Below, piece by piece: positions 26,279 to 36,098 of a DNA stretch of 64,000 bases. The translations under genes were made by a program, and so were the position numbers. The DNA is taken from contig JABIQV010000050.1 of NCBI GenBank assembly GCA_018699495.1, positions 3,712 through 67,711 on the forward strand, given 5' to 3'. The notes below the pieces were generated by a model that did not search any database, had not been told where the DNA came from, and saw only the letters and a program-made list of their open reading frames with translations. Position 1 is the stretch's first letter; every line of letters begins with the position of its first letter. Source of the stretch: a bacterium (lineage in GTDB: Bacteria; Margulisbacteria; Marinamargulisbacteria; JABIPA01).

Positions 26279-27713
26279 CAAAAAGCTCTTGGAAACAAAG
26301 AAACGTTGTCATGTATTAAATTTTTTAGAAGGTGACTTAACACTTTCTGAGTTTTTGGAGGCATGTAATGAATCGGCTTCTGACGTCTATTTTGGTCCAG
26401 ACAATCAGAATAACTGGATGCCAAGTAATAAAACGAAGGCAATAGGCAAAAAAAATGAAATATGGATTTTAAGTTTAGATTCCGATTGTAGACAGTTTTC
26501 TTTTTTTCTACCGATTCTTTGTTTAACTCAATTAGGGTGTCAAGTAAGAGAAGTAAAAATGGACCCTGATAATTTGGAAACGTTTGGAAAGTTGATGGAA
26601 GCCGGTTGTGAAAATATTTTTGCAATAATCTTAAATCCTTTTTTTAGAGCTGATGTATCCATTTTAGGAAAGGTCCAAACTATTTGCAGTATTTTAAATA
26701 TGGTTCCTTCGTTAATTATTGGAGGCCCTAGTATTAGGACTTGTGATGTCGAAAAGCACTTTTCAAATTACAACGGGACTATTTATTTTTGTAGCCAAAG
26801 TTTAAAGGCCGTTAAGATGATTGATGATAAATTTGAAGGTCATAACCCGATGGTATTTGGTCCAAACTCGCTAAATGTAGAAGGTCAATCAGAAATAGGT
26901 CAGCCTATCAAAACGATTGAACCGAATTTTAAAGGGATTAAACCAGAAAAGTATAAAATCGAAGTAAAAACCTGTTGGCCATTAATCAACGATAAATCGT
27001 TGTATCAAATGCATTTGAAATATAGAGGCAACTTTTTAAATGATTTAAAAAATAATGTCGAAAAAGCGGTAGACTTAACGGAAAAAGTAGGCAAGGTAAA
27101 ACAACTAATAGAGTCAAAAAAATTGATATCAGTAGAAGGCTATTCATTGATTCTTGATGTAACGTCAAAAAAGAATTCCATTTTTTTGAAAGACGGAAAA
27201 GATCCCTTTTTAACGTTTCCACGGCAACAGAATACTCCAAATAAATGTTTATCTGACTATATTGATAACGATCATTCAAAGATGGGTATTTTCGTGGTCA
27301 GTTCTGGAAAAACGTGGATAGAGGCAGCACGTCAATTTTTAATAGAGAAAAAATACACGGAGTTTATGATTTTACAGGCTTTAGTAATGCAAACGGCAGA
27401 AGCTGGGGCGGAATTTATTCACGATGAATTAAATCGTAGACAAGAACGACCATCAGAAAGTGATAGTGCATCAAAAAAAGCAACAAAAAAGGAAAGGACG
27501 CTCCTCGATGAGGCATATGTATCGTCGGTTCAAGGAAAAAGATATAGTCCAGGGTACAGTGCGTGTCCTGATTTACAGCTTCAAGTTCCATTGTTTTCAT
27601 TGTTTAAAGGTGTGACAACGATTACGTTAACAGAAAGCCTTATGATGAATCCCATTAACTCGGTGTCTGGATTCGTTTTTTTTAAACCTGGGTGCGACTA
27701 TTTTTCAATATAA
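26271..27713 (+). CDS. Stand-alone C-terminal half of methionine synthase: cobalamin-binding-like Rossmann domain plus AdoMet reactivation domain
   Basis: EIWILSLDSDCRQF...LGCQVREV...PSLIIGGPS is collinear with the MetH B12-binding domain, but DxHxxG reads DSDCRQ. The C-terminus KRYSPGYSACPDL...ITLTESLMMNPINSVSGFVFF..GCDYFSI matches the MetH activation domain. TTG start overlaps the upstream stop by 8 nt; the start is uncertain. Confidence 0.7.
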   Translation: MINKKLLETKKRCHVLNFLEGDLTLSEFLEACNESASDVYFGPDNQNNWMPSNKTKAIGKKNEIWILSLDSDCRQFSFFLPILCLTQLGCQVREVKMDPDNLETFGKLMEAGCENIFAIILNPFFRADVSILGKVQTICSILNMVPSLIIGGPSIRTCDVEKHFSNYNGTIYFCSQSLKAVKMIDDKFEGHNPMVFGPNSLNVEGQSEIGQPIKTIEPNFKGIKPEKYKIEVKTCWPLINDKSLYQMHLKYRGNFLNDLKNNVEKAVDLTEKVGKVKQLIESKKLISVEGYSLILDVTSKKNSIFLKDGKDPFLTFPRQQNTPNKCLSDYIDNDHSKMGIFVVSSGKTWIEAARQFLIEKKYTEFMILQALVMQTAEAGAEFIHDELNRRQERPSESDSASKKATKKERTLLDEAYVSSVQGKRYSPGYSACPDLQLQVPLFSLFKGVTTITLTESLMMNPINSVSGFVFFKPGCDYFSI

Positions 27714-27924
27714 GTTTAATGGGGAATGTCACAAAAAGTTATTTTATCTGTTCTATAAAACTTGAAATAAGATTAATTTAAATAGTCTTTATCTTTAGAT
27801 TAGTTGTCGAGAATAAAATAGAATGATTTCAATTTACTCAATATATTCAAAAATAATCCTAAAAAAATAAGTATGATACAATAAAAAAAATTCCAATTAA
27901 AAAAAGGTCTAAGGAGATTTAAAA

Positions 27925-28419
27925 ATGGCTGACTATTCTTTCGATATCGTTTCAAAGGTTGATACCCAAGAAATCGTTAATGCGGTTAATCAAGCGTCTA
28001 AAGAGCTAGGGCATCGGTATGATTTAAAAAACTCCGATTCTACAATCGAATTTAAAGAAAAAGATAACGTGATTCATTTGGCTTCGCAGTCCGACTTTAC
28101 TCTTAAAGCCGTTCGAGATATTTTATACCAAAAATTAATTAAAAGAGATGTTTCTTTAAAGTCATTCGAAGAAGAAACGATAAGTAAAGCAACGGGGGAC
28201 ACGGTTAGACAAGATTTAAAGGTTATTCAGGGAATACCTCAAGATAAAGCTAAAACGATTGTTGCTGATATTAAAAAGTCTAAATTAAAAGTTCAGATTG
28301 CTATTCAGGGAGATCAAATTCGTGTATCTGCAAAGAAAAAAGACGAATTGCAATCAGTTATCCAAGAAGTTAAGACAAAAAATTATCCGTTCTTTGTAGG
28401 GTTTACTAACTATAGATAG
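27925..28419 (+). CDS. yajQ: YajQ family (UPF0234) nucleotide / cyclic-di-GMP-binding protein
   Basis: MADYSFDIVSKVD.QE..NAV.QA.KE...RYD.K, and the C-terminal KKSKLKVQIAIQGDQIRVS..KKDELQ, are collinear with E. coli YajQ. Strong SD aaggag. Confidence 0.9.
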   Translation: MADYSFDIVSKVDTQEIVNAVNQASKELGHRYDLKNSDSTIEFKEKDNVIHLASQSDFTLKAVRDILYQKLIKRDVSLKSFEEETISKATGDTVRQDLKVIQGIPQDKAKTIVADIKKSKLKVQIAIQGDQIRVSAKKKDELQSVIQEVKTKNYPFFVGFTNYR

Positions 28420-28461
28420 GTCAACTAGGTAAGTGATGACGTGTTTGTCCTTAAATGAGAG

Positions 28462-28484
28462 TCGAAACGACTGACTTCGATTTT
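28462..28484 (+). terminator. Weak intrinsic-terminator candidate after yajQ
   Basis: tcgaa(9 nt)ttcga stem followed by TTTT, 43 nt after the stop codon. The stem is only 5 bp. Confidence 0.3.
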
Positions 28485-28594
28485 AAGAGGATATAGACCC
28501 TGGTTATTAAATCGAATTGTTATTTATTCAGAAGAAATTATCGTATTTTTTGATCTTGGATTCTAAAAATTATAGCATTCGATTCCTGCTTCAC

Positions 28595-28622
28595 TTGTGT
28601 TTAAAAATTTGTATGGTATAAT
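28595..28622 (+). promoter_or_regulatory. Sigma-70-type promoter candidate for the Rrf2-suf operon
   Basis: -35 TTGTGT (28595-28600), 16-nt spacer, extended -10 TGgTATAAT (TATAAT at 28617-28622). Confidence 0.5.
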
Positions 28623-28633
28623 TTTTAAAAAAT

Positions 28634-28660
28634 TAAACTAGTATGACTCATGCTAGTTTA
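28634..28660. promoter_or_regulatory. Imperfect 27-bp palindrome just downstream of the suf promoter; candidate Rrf2 operator
   Basis: tAAACTAGTATGAcTCATGCTAGTTTa. The half-sites AAACTAGTATGA and AAACTAGCATGA agree at 11 of 12 positions. Confidence 0.45.
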
Positions 28661-28743
28661 GATTTTATGGTAAGTTCACTCAATAAAAGATGGGCTTAAA
28701 TTAGCGTATAAATGGTAGAAACAGAAGGACGTATGAATAAAAG

Positions 28744-29172
28744 ATGAAATTAAATATTCGCTCAGATTACGCAATTCGAATAATCTTTAGTCTATCTAAT
28801 TCTGACGAAGGTAAAACAATGCCCGTTTTATCTGATGAATTATTAATTCCATACAATCATTTGACTAAAATAGTTCAGGCGTTGGCCAAAGCTGAGATAG
28901 TTCAAACTCGACAAGGAAAATTTGGCGGTATATATTTAGCAAAAACGCCAGAATCTATCAGTTTCAAAGATGTTATTACCTTGATGGAAGGTCCAATTAA
29001 ATTGTCAGATTGCATTACAGATGCTTCATTTTGCGAGTTAAAGGCAAGTTGCAAAATAAAGGGCGTGTTTGGCAAGTTACAAAAGCAAATTAACGAATTA
29101 TTTGAGAACGTGAATTTTTCCGATTTGAATCAATCCGAAGTAGAACAAATAAAAGAAGTTGAGGTAGTTTAG
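28744..29172 (+). CDS. Rrf2-family transcriptional regulator (IscR/SufR-like role)
   Basis: N-terminal [14 protein letters not shown] winged-helix signature. Three clustered Cys (C..x..C.....C) near aa 90-103. Heads the suf operon, and its stop overlaps the sufB GTG by 1 nt. Confidence 0.8.
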   Translation: MKLNIRSDYAIRIIFSLSNSDEGKTMPVLSDELLIPYNHLTKIVQALAKAEIVQTRQGKFGGIYLAKTPESISFKDVITLMEGPIKLSDCITDASFCELKASCKIKGVFGKLQKQINELFENVNFSDLNQSEVEQIKEVEVV

Positions 29173-30632
29173 TGAAAAACGAGTCAGTTTTAAGTAAAAA
29201 GAAGATACAAGAGATGGCAGACACATCTTATAAATATGGGTTTAAGACAGATATTGAATCTGAAACTGCCCCAAAAGGCTTAAGTGAAGAAGTCATTCGT
29301 ATGATTTCCAAGAAAAAAAACGAACCTGAATTCATGTTAAAGTTTAGGTTGAAAGCATTAAAGCATCTTTCAAAAATGACGGAACCTGAGTGGTCAAATC
29401 TTAAGTATCCTAAAGTTGATTTGCAAGATATTTCCTATTATTCAGAGCCTAAGGTAAAGAAGAAACTGGATAGTTTGGATGATGTTGATCCAGAAATATT
29501 AAGGACATTTGAAAAATTAGGGATTCCCTTAACAGAACAAAAAAAATTAGCAAATGTGGCTGTAGATGCAATATTTGATTCTGTCTCTGTTGCAACGACA
29601 TTTAAAGACAAACTACTAAAAGTAGGGGTTATATTTTGCCCGTTTTCTGAAGCACTTGAGAAATATCCAGATATTGTTAAAAAATATTTAGGGACGGTTG
29701 TTCCTCATACGGATAATTATTTTGCATGTGTGAATGCAGCTGCGTTTACTGAAGGGTCATTTGTTTATATTCCTAAAGACACGTTATGTCCTATGGAACT
29801 TTCAACTTATTTTAGAATAAATACAGAAGAAACGGGTCAATTTGAACGAACATTGATTGTTTGTGAAGATAATAGTTACGTAAGTTATCTAGAAGGCTGT
29901 ACGGCTCCTCAGTTTGATACAAATCAATTACATGCTGCAGTTGTAGAGTTAGTTGCTTTAGATAATGCAGAAATTAAATATTCAACGGTTCAAAACTGGT
30001 ATGCAGGAGATCCTGTGACTGGAAAGGGCGGTATTTATAACTTTGTTACAAAACGTGGCAAATGTCAGGGAAAGAAATCTAAAATTTCTTGGACACAAAT
30101 TGAAACAGGGTCCGCTATTACGTGGAAGTATCCAGGTTGTGTATTGATAGGAGAGGGTTCAATCGGAGAATTTTATTCTGTTGCATTGACCACTCATAAC
30201 CAGCAAGCAGATACCGGAACAAAAATGATTCACATTGGTAAAAATACAAAAAGTACGATTATTTCAAAAGGAATTTCTGCAGGGAAGTCTCAAAACACAT
30301 ATCGTGGACTCGTTCAAATGAACAAATCAGCGAAGGGTGCAGACAATTTTACGCAATGTGACTCAATGTTAATTGGAGATAAATGCGGTGCACATACCTT
30401 TCCTTATATAGATGTAAGAAATGCATCGTCGACGTTGGGGCATGAAGCCGCGACTGTAAAAGTAACAGATGAACAGCTGTTTTATTTTCAACAACGCGGA
30501 ATATCAGCAGAAGACGCATTGACGACGATTGTTAACGGTTTTTGTAAGGATGTATTTAAAAAATTACCGACAGAGTTTGCTGTAGAAGCAACTCAATTAT
30601 TAGGTCTTAGATTAGAAGAGTCTGTAGGGTAA
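29172..30632 (+). CDS. sufB: Fe-S cluster assembly protein SufB
   Basis: 486 aa. [34 protein letters not shown] and GHEA...V.DEQLFY..QRGI are conserved SufB blocks. Confidence 0.95.
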   Translation: MKNESVLSKKKIQEMADTSYKYGFKTDIESETAPKGLSEEVIRMISKKKNEPEFMLKFRLKALKHLSKMTEPEWSNLKYPKVDLQDISYYSEPKVKKKLDSLDDVDPEILRTFEKLGIPLTEQKKLANVAVDAIFDSVSVATTFKDKLLKVGVIFCPFSEALEKYPDIVKKYLGTVVPHTDNYFACVNAAAFTEGSFVYIPKDTLCPMELSTYFRINTEETGQFERTLIVCEDNSYVSYLEGCTAPQFDTNQLHAAVVELVALDNAEIKYSTVQNWYAGDPVTGKGGIYNFVTKRGKCQGKKSKISWTQIETGSAITWKYPGCVLIGEGSIGEFYSVALTTHNQQADTGTKMIHIGKNTKSTIISKGISAGKSQNTYRGLVQMNKSAKGADNFTQCDSMLIGDKCGAHTFPYIDVRNASSTLGHEAATVKVTDEQLFYFQQRGISAEDALTTIVNGFCKDVFKKLPTEFAVEATQLLGLRLEESVG

Positions 30633-30647
30633 GGAAAAGGAATTATT

Positions 30648-31397
30648 ATGTTAGAAATTAAAAATGTTGTTGCATCGATAAATGGAGTTAAAATTTTAAA
30701 GGGAACAAGTTTGACAATCAAACCTGGCGAAGTTCATGCTGTAATGGGGCCAAACGGTTCAGGAAAAAGTACATTATCTAAATTGGTGTCTGGGCATCCG
30801 GACGTTGAAATTGAATCAGGAGATATTTTATTTAATGGCGAGAGTATATTAGATGATGATCCTGATATTCGTGCCTTAAAAGGTGTATTCATGGCGTTTC
30901 AATACCCTGTAGAAGTACCGGGTGTTCAAAACGGAAGTTTTTTAAGAATGGCATATAATGCGAAACGAAAATATAAGGGACTAGATGAAGTCGATCCAAT
31001 GGACTTTGAAGAGCTTATTCAAGAGAAATTAAAATGGGTTGGAATGAACGAAAGTTTCTTAGACAGACCTCTTAATCAAGGATTTTCAGGTGGAGAGAAA
31101 AAGAGAAACGAAATATTACAGTTAGCTGTTTTAGAGCCTATGCTTTCTATTTTGGACGAGACGGATTCTGGATTAGATATTGATGCACTTCGAACAGTAT
31201 CTGAAGCAGTAAATAGAATGATAACTAAAGAGAGAAGCTTTTTAGTTATCACGCATTATCAACGATTGTTAAATCATATCGTTCCAGACGTTGTTCATAT
31301 TTTTTCAGAAGGAAAAATCATTAAAACGGGTGATAAAACATTGGCTCTTGAAGTTGAAGAAAAAGGATATGACTGGTTGTTACAGCCAGTTAGTTAA
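30648..31397 (+). CDS. sufC: Fe-S cluster assembly ATPase SufC
   Basis: Walker [10 protein letters not shown], signature FSGGEKKR, Walker [14 protein letters not shown]-loop ITHY. Confidence 0.95.
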   Translation: MLEIKNVVASINGVKILKGTSLTIKPGEVHAVMGPNGSGKSTLSKLVSGHPDVEIESGDILFNGESILDDDPDIRALKGVFMAFQYPVEVPGVQNGSFLRMAYNAKRKYKGLDEVDPMDFEELIQEKLKWVGMNESFLDRPLNQGFSGGEKKRNEILQLAVLEPMLSILDETDSGLDIDALRTVSEAVNRMITKERSFLVITHYQRLLNHIVPDVVHIFSEGKIIKTGDKTLALEVEEKGYDWLLQPVS

Positions 31398-31406
31398 GGA
31401 AAAAGC

Positions 31407-32612
31407 GTGAAAATAATAGATTTTCAAGAAAAAATTCATAACGACAAAACAGATATGTGGCGTTTTACGAATTTTTCAAAATTAAAAAAAGCGACGTTTT
31501 TGGAAGAAAATGAATCAGAATTGTGCGATATAGAGTCTAAAATTGAATCAATCATTGAAGACCATAAAGCAGCGAATCGGTTTGATGATTTTATAGTTAT
31601 TATTGATGGGCAAGTAGATAATTCGTTATCCGGTGTCCAGAACGTTTCTGTAGACTTTGTTGAATTTGATTCGTCTGAAAATTTTGTTGATTCTATAGTA
31701 ACGTCTGATTTAATATTAGATTCTTCAAATAAAACATGGTCTAAAAAGCAGATTGTGTTGAATTTGGAACCAGACACTGAATCAACCGATAACGAATGTG
31801 TTCAAAAACGAATCAAATTGATTATTGTTTCAACAGGGAATAATAATTCCGTAAATATTCATATAAATTGTCCTGAAAAATCAGAATCGGCATGGACACT
31901 ATTAGAAGTTTTTCCAGAGCAATCAAGTTTTATTCAGAACCATCAACTTACCGTTAATCAATTAGATGGCAGTAAAGTTAATATTGTTTATTTAAAGTCT
32001 TTAGGTCAAGACAATCTATCCGATTCGTATCACTTTTTAAGTTCAAGGATTAAATTAGGTAAAAATTGCAAGTTGAAGACGCTTGATTGTATGGAAAATT
32101 CTAGTTTTACTCGTCATAAATTGTGTGTTGATTTTGACGGTGAAGACTCCACTGCAGATTTATTTGGAATTGGATTGTTTAAAGAAGAAACTGCTCAACA
32201 CACGCATATCCAAATTAACCATCGGGTTAAAAATTGTACAAGTTCTCAGCTATATAAACATATGCTATTCAACCGCGCTTCTGCTGAATTTGCGGGCTTA
32301 GTGTCTGTTAGCGAAGGAGCTTCTGGAACACTGTCAAATCAATCGAACCCGAATCTTGTTTTTTCGGATGATGCGAGAGCTTATTCAAGGCCGCAATTAA
32401 ATATATTGAATGATGATGTTCAGTGTAATCATGGGGCGACTGTAGGTCAAATCGATGAGCTGTCTCTCTTTTATTTGAAGAGCAGAGGAGTTTCTGAAAA
32501 AGAGGCAAAACTTGTGTTGTTAAAAGGGTTTATAGAAGACGTGTTTAATGACTTTTCTGAATGTGAGCAAGAAAAGAGTTCGTATTTGGAAGAATTACGT
32601 AAAGTTTTATAG
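31407..32612 (+). CDS. sufD: Fe-S cluster assembly protein SufD
   Basis: Position between sufC and sufS. The C-terminal block CNHGATVGQIDE..LFYL.SRG. is typical of SufB/D. GTG start. Confidence 0.85.
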   Translation: MKIIDFQEKIHNDKTDMWRFTNFSKLKKATFLEENESELCDIESKIESIIEDHKAANRFDDFIVIIDGQVDNSLSGVQNVSVDFVEFDSSENFVDSIVTSDLILDSSNKTWSKKQIVLNLEPDTESTDNECVQKRIKLIIVSTGNNNSVNIHINCPEKSESAWTLLEVFPEQSSFIQNHQLTVNQLDGSKVNIVYLKSLGQDNLSDSYHFLSSRIKLGKNCKLKTLDCMENSSFTRHKLCVDFDGEDSTADLFGIGLFKEETAQHTHIQINHRVKNCTSSQLYKHMLFNRASAEFAGLVSVSEGASGTLSNQSNPNLVFSDDARAYSRPQLNILNDDVQCNHGATVGQIDELSLFYLKSRGVSEKEAKLVLLKGFIEDVFNDFSECEQEKSSYLEELRKVL

Positions 32613-32613
32613 A

Positions 32614-33843
32614 ATGTTTGTGAAGGAAAAAAGTGTTACAACGTTGAATAAGAAAATGGATTTTCCTGTTTTGAATACGACAATGCGAGGAAACAGGTTA
32701 GTTTATCTCGATAATGCGGCAACAACTCAAAAACCAACATCGGTTTTAGAAGCGATGAACCATTTTTTGACAAAAGAAAATGGAACCGTGAATCGGGGCG
32801 TTTATTACTTGAGCCAAGAAGCAACAAAAAAATGTGATGACTCTAGAAAGAGCCTTAAAACGTTTCTAAATGCCAAATCTGAAAAAGAGATAATTTTCGT
32901 TAAAGGTACCACGGAGGCAATAAATTTGGTGGCCTATAGTTATGGCGAACTCATGAAGCCAGGTGACGAAATTCTAATTACAGAACTTGAACATCATGCA
33001 AATATTGTTCCGTGGCAGCAGCTGTGTTTAAGAAGAGGTTGTATTTTAAAAGTGGCTCCAATTACTGACGATGGACACTTGGATATAAATGCATATAAGA
33101 AGTTGCTTTCGGAAAAAACTAAATTAGTTTCCTTTTGCCATATTTCAAATAGTATTGGAACAATCAATCCTGCTAGAGAGTTAGTTAAATTGGCTAAAGA
33201 AGTCGGTGCAAAAGTTTTAATCGATGGAGCACAAGCTGTTTCTCACCTTAAAGTGGATGTTCAGGATTTAGATTGTGATTTTTATGCGTTCTCAGGACAT
33301 AAATGTTTTGGGCCGACAGGTGTGGGTGTTTTATATGGAAGAGAAGATTTACTAGAAAAAATGCCGCCGTTCATGACTGGTGGCGATATGATTGAGACCG
33401 TATCCTTTCAATCTTCATCGTTTGCAGAATTGCCACGAAAATTTGAAGCAGGGACCCCAGCGATTGTAGAAATTATTGGGCTTGGTGAAGCTGTAAAGTA
33501 TATGAATACGCTTGATTACAAAGAGATTCAAAATTATGAACAGAAACTTTTAGAAGCCGCTCAAGAAAAATTGAATGAATTAGATATTACATTGATAGGT
33601 CCGACACATACCAAAGCAGCAATTGTTTCGTTTGTAATGAATGCCGTGCATGCCCATGATGTTGGAACAGTCCTTGATATGGAAGGGGTTGCAGTTAGGG
33701 TAGGTCATCATTGTACGCAACCTCTGATGAAACGCTACAACGTATCGTCAACAATTCGAGCATCATTTTGTTTTTATAATGATATGGAAGATGTTGATGC
33801 GTTGATTAACGGGTTGAAAAAAGTAAAAGAGTTTTTAGGATAA
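32614..33843 (+). CDS. sufS: Cysteine desulfurase SufS (group II)
   Basis: YLDNAATTQKP, HHANIVPWQ, SGHKCFGPTGVGVLYG and RVGHHC motifs. ATG 32614 lies 1 nt after the sufD stop; the tracked ORF start at 32548 overlaps sufD. Confidence 0.92.
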   Translation: MFVKEKSVTTLNKKMDFPVLNTTMRGNRLVYLDNAATTQKPTSVLEAMNHFLTKENGTVNRGVYYLSQEATKKCDDSRKSLKTFLNAKSEKEIIFVKGTTEAINLVAYSYGELMKPGDEILITELEHHANIVPWQQLCLRRGCILKVAPITDDGHLDINAYKKLLSEKTKLVSFCHISNSIGTINPARELVKLAKEVGAKVLIDGAQAVSHLKVDVQDLDCDFYAFSGHKCFGPTGVGVLYGREDLLEKMPPFMTGGDMIETVSFQSSSFAELPRKFEAGTPAIVEIIGLGEAVKYMNTLDYKEIQNYEQKLLEAAQEKLNELDITLIGPTHTKAAIVSFVMNAVHAHDVGTVLDMEGVAVRVGHHCTQPLMKRYNVSSTIRASFCFYNDMEDVDALINGLKKVKEFLG

Positions 33844-34296
33844 ATGATGGATAATGCACGATTAAAAAACATGTATCAAGAAATGATTTTAGAACACAAT
33901 AAAAGTCCAAGAAATTTTGGGCCTCTTGACTGTCATACACATTACGGACATGGCAAGAATCCTCTTTGCGGGGACGATTATGAGTTCTTTTTGGACATAA
34001 AGGACGATGTTATTGAAAGCATTGGGTTTACAGGCGATGGATGCGCAATATCAAAGTCTAGCGCGTCGATGTTAACTACAATGGTCAAAGGGAAGCAGAT
34101 TGGAGAGTCGCGAAAACTTTCAGAAACGTTTTTGGATTTTATTTTAAATGAAGGCTCCAATGAATCATTAGGAAAACTTAAGATATTTGAGGGCGTAAAA
34201 CAGTTTCCAGTTCGTGTGAAATGCGCGACCTTATCGTGGCGAGCCTTAGAGCAAGCCTTACTAAATACAAAACATATTGCTTCAACAGAAGCATAA
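33844..34296 (+). CDS. sufU: SUF-type NifU/IscU-like sulfur-transfer/scaffold protein (SufU)
   Basis: LYQE.IL.H.K.PRNFG, NP.CGD and GDGCAIS..SASM motifs. The ATG directly follows the sufS TAA. Confidence 0.85.
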   Translation: MMDNARLKNMYQEMILEHNKSPRNFGPLDCHTHYGHGKNPLCGDDYEFFLDIKDDVIESIGFTGDGCAISKSSASMLTTMVKGKQIGESRKLSETFLDFILNEGSNESLGKLKIFEGVKQFPVRVKCATLSWRALEQALLNTKHIASTEA

Positions 34297-34307
34297 GGAG
34301 AACCGTT

Positions 34308-34874
34308 ATGACAGAAACAAAAGCAATTACTATATCAGCAGAAATTACACCAAATCCTAATACGTTAAAATTTAAGGTAAACAAAACGTTAGTAGAAACA
34401 GGAGCCTATGATTTTCCAGCTAAGGAATTTTCAGAGTCATCTATCTTGGCCTCAGAATTGTTTGCAATAGATGGGGTTTCTGGAATTTTAATTTCAAAAG
34501 ATTTTGTATCGGTCAGCAAGAGAGTTAATATTGATTGGACGGATTTAGTTGAGCCAGTAACGCAGACAATTAAGTTGATTGTTGGTGATAATGAACACAT
34601 TATTGACCCCGAATATTTAACTGAGCATACAGGTGAATCGGACGATAGTGAAACGGTTAAAAAAATTAAAGAGATTTTAGAAAATGAAATCAAACCTGCC
34701 GTTGCTATGGACGGGGGAGATGTGAATTTTTCTAAGTTTGAAGACGGAATCGTTTACTTGGCACTGCAAGGTGCTTGCAGCACATGTCCTTCTGCTACGA
34801 TGACTTTGAAAATGGGGATAGAAGCTCGGCTTAAAGAAGAGTGTCCGGACATCGAAGAAGTCGTTCAAATTTAA
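34308..34874 (+). CDS. nfu: Nfu-type Fe-S cluster carrier (Nfu_N plus NifU C-terminal CxxC domain)
   Basis: TPNPNTLKF N-domain. C-domain I.P.VA.DGGDV......DG.VYL.LQGACSTCPSAT.TLK.GIE. ATG 34308 has the SD aaggag; the tracked ORF start at 34221 overlaps sufU. Confidence 0.85.
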   Translation: MTETKAITISAEITPNPNTLKFKVNKTLVETGAYDFPAKEFSESSILASELFAIDGVSGILISKDFVSVSKRVNIDWTDLVEPVTQTIKLIVGDNEHIIDPEYLTEHTGESDDSETVKKIKEILENEIKPAVAMDGGDVNFSKFEDGIVYLALQGACSTCPSATMTLKMGIEARLKEECPDIEEVVQI

Positions 34875-34879
34875 AACCA

Positions 34880-34970
34880 TTCCAAAAGCATCCATTTTGG
34901 CACTCGTGCCTCGCTCACATATAGGTATATGCTTCACGAAACACGAGAACCAAACGGAAAGCTTTTGAAA
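34880..34970 (+). other. ~91-nt nested imperfect stem-loop immediately after nfu (structured RNA or complex terminator candidate)
   Basis: Four collinear pairings read directly: 34880-34889 with 34961-34970 (9 of 10), 34896-34900 with 34950-34954, 34903-34908 with 34942-34947, and 34918-34923 with 34926-34931. The T-rich tract 34991-34998 lies about 20 nt downstream. Confidence 0.45.
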
Positions 34971-35038
34971 CGCTTTTTGGCGCGACTATTTTTTTTGTTT
35001 AGATTCGTCGTTTAAAATAGGACTTTTTTAAGATGTTC

Positions 35039-35419
35039 TTATTCATTAATGTCTTGACTCATATCAGAGTTAGAATCATCTCGTTCAATATTGTTTACTT
35101 GAGGGGCATCTCCTTTTTCCATTTCGACCAGTTCATTTGTAGCTAGGTCTTCGTAGTTTTGATTCGTTTCAACATGTCTACATATATAGTAAAGAGCAGG
35201 CAAAATGTAATTTTCCGAAACGGGTGCATGGAAATGGTGCCGTTTTTTTAGGTCGTCTTCATTATCGATTCGTTCGTCCGATGAAAAGTTATAGGCTAAT
35301 TCTATAGATAAGTTTTGAAGAAATAAAATTTTAATAGTTAGCATCATTTCGGCGACAAAGCCTAACGCCATAATTGGTTTTTTATGACGAATACCTTCTT
35401 CAAAGCTAAATGAAATCAA
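35039..35419 (-). CDS. Hypothetical protein with an acidic C-terminus
   Basis: 126-aa ORF from a TTG (ATG alternative at 35371). No RBS or homology recognised. Isolated within a 1.2-kb low-coding stretch. Confidence 0.3.
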   Translation of the reverse strand: MISFSFEEGIRHKKPIMALGFVAEMMLTIKILFLQNLSIELAYNFSSDERIDNEDDLKKRHHFHAPVSENYILPALYYICRHVETNQNYEDLATNELVEMEKGDAPQVNNIERDDSNSDMSQDINE

Positions 35420-35802
35420 TGAAGTAGCAGCAAGAAGGAAAAATCTTCTAAGGCCATTGAATTTTTCTATTGACTCGGTTGTTTTTCATATAGTCATACG
35501 CATCGTGTCCGAATAGTCTCCCTCTAAAGACTCTAATAAGGGTCTGTATTTAGTTCAAAAGATTCCTTCATAACCGAATCCGAATAATTTCCGTCCTCTT
35601 CTTATTCTACAGTGTATCCATTAGGCGTTCGAAAAATAATAGGCTCGAGGTGTAAATTACTAATTTCTACATTTGAAGTGGTAATTGGTACCGATGTGTT
35701 CGTAGTGGCTATGATTTTATACATTTGAAAATGTTCCTTTTTAACTTTGATATTAAAAGATAAGAGTTATCGAAAAAATAATAGATTAATTTCATTTTAT
35801 TT

Positions 35803-35826
35803 AAACTAAACTAAACTTAACTTAAC
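35803..35826 (+). repeat. Pentanucleotide microsatellite (AAACT)x3 (TAACT)x1 TAAC
   Basis: Read directly in the 680-bp gap upstream of mtaB. Confidence 0.9.
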
Positions 35827-36098
35827 ATACTGTAAGTTCCGTAGTATTTCGTGTAGGAAGGACGACAAATGAGTAAGGTGATGGATAGAATTATTAATGA
35901 ATAAAAAAGAAATTAAATGAGTACGAATACCTTATTCTAAAACTAGAACAAGTAGTTAAAGAGGAAAAGTAGGCGTCGTTGAAACTTAGACAAATGTCTA
36001 AATTGGTCGTAAATAAAGAATTATCAAATTTACCAGGTATGTTGGAGTATAACCATGTGGTAATATTCACCTGAAATTATGTAGAAAAACTACGTAAA

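Noticed and set aside
32548-32613. Upstream extensions of sufS (32548), nfu (34221) and the binding protein (11720)
   Set aside because: They overlap the preceding genes. Internal ATGs (32614, 34308, 11765) give canonical N-termini, a signal peptide or a good SD.
35602-35724. 40-codon minus-strand ORF as a RiPP precursor linked to the nearby radical-SAM genes
   Set aside because: The neighbouring radical-SAM enzymes are clear tRNA methylthiotransferases. The peptide has no Cys or leader-core features. There is no supporting evidence beyond a weak RBS.
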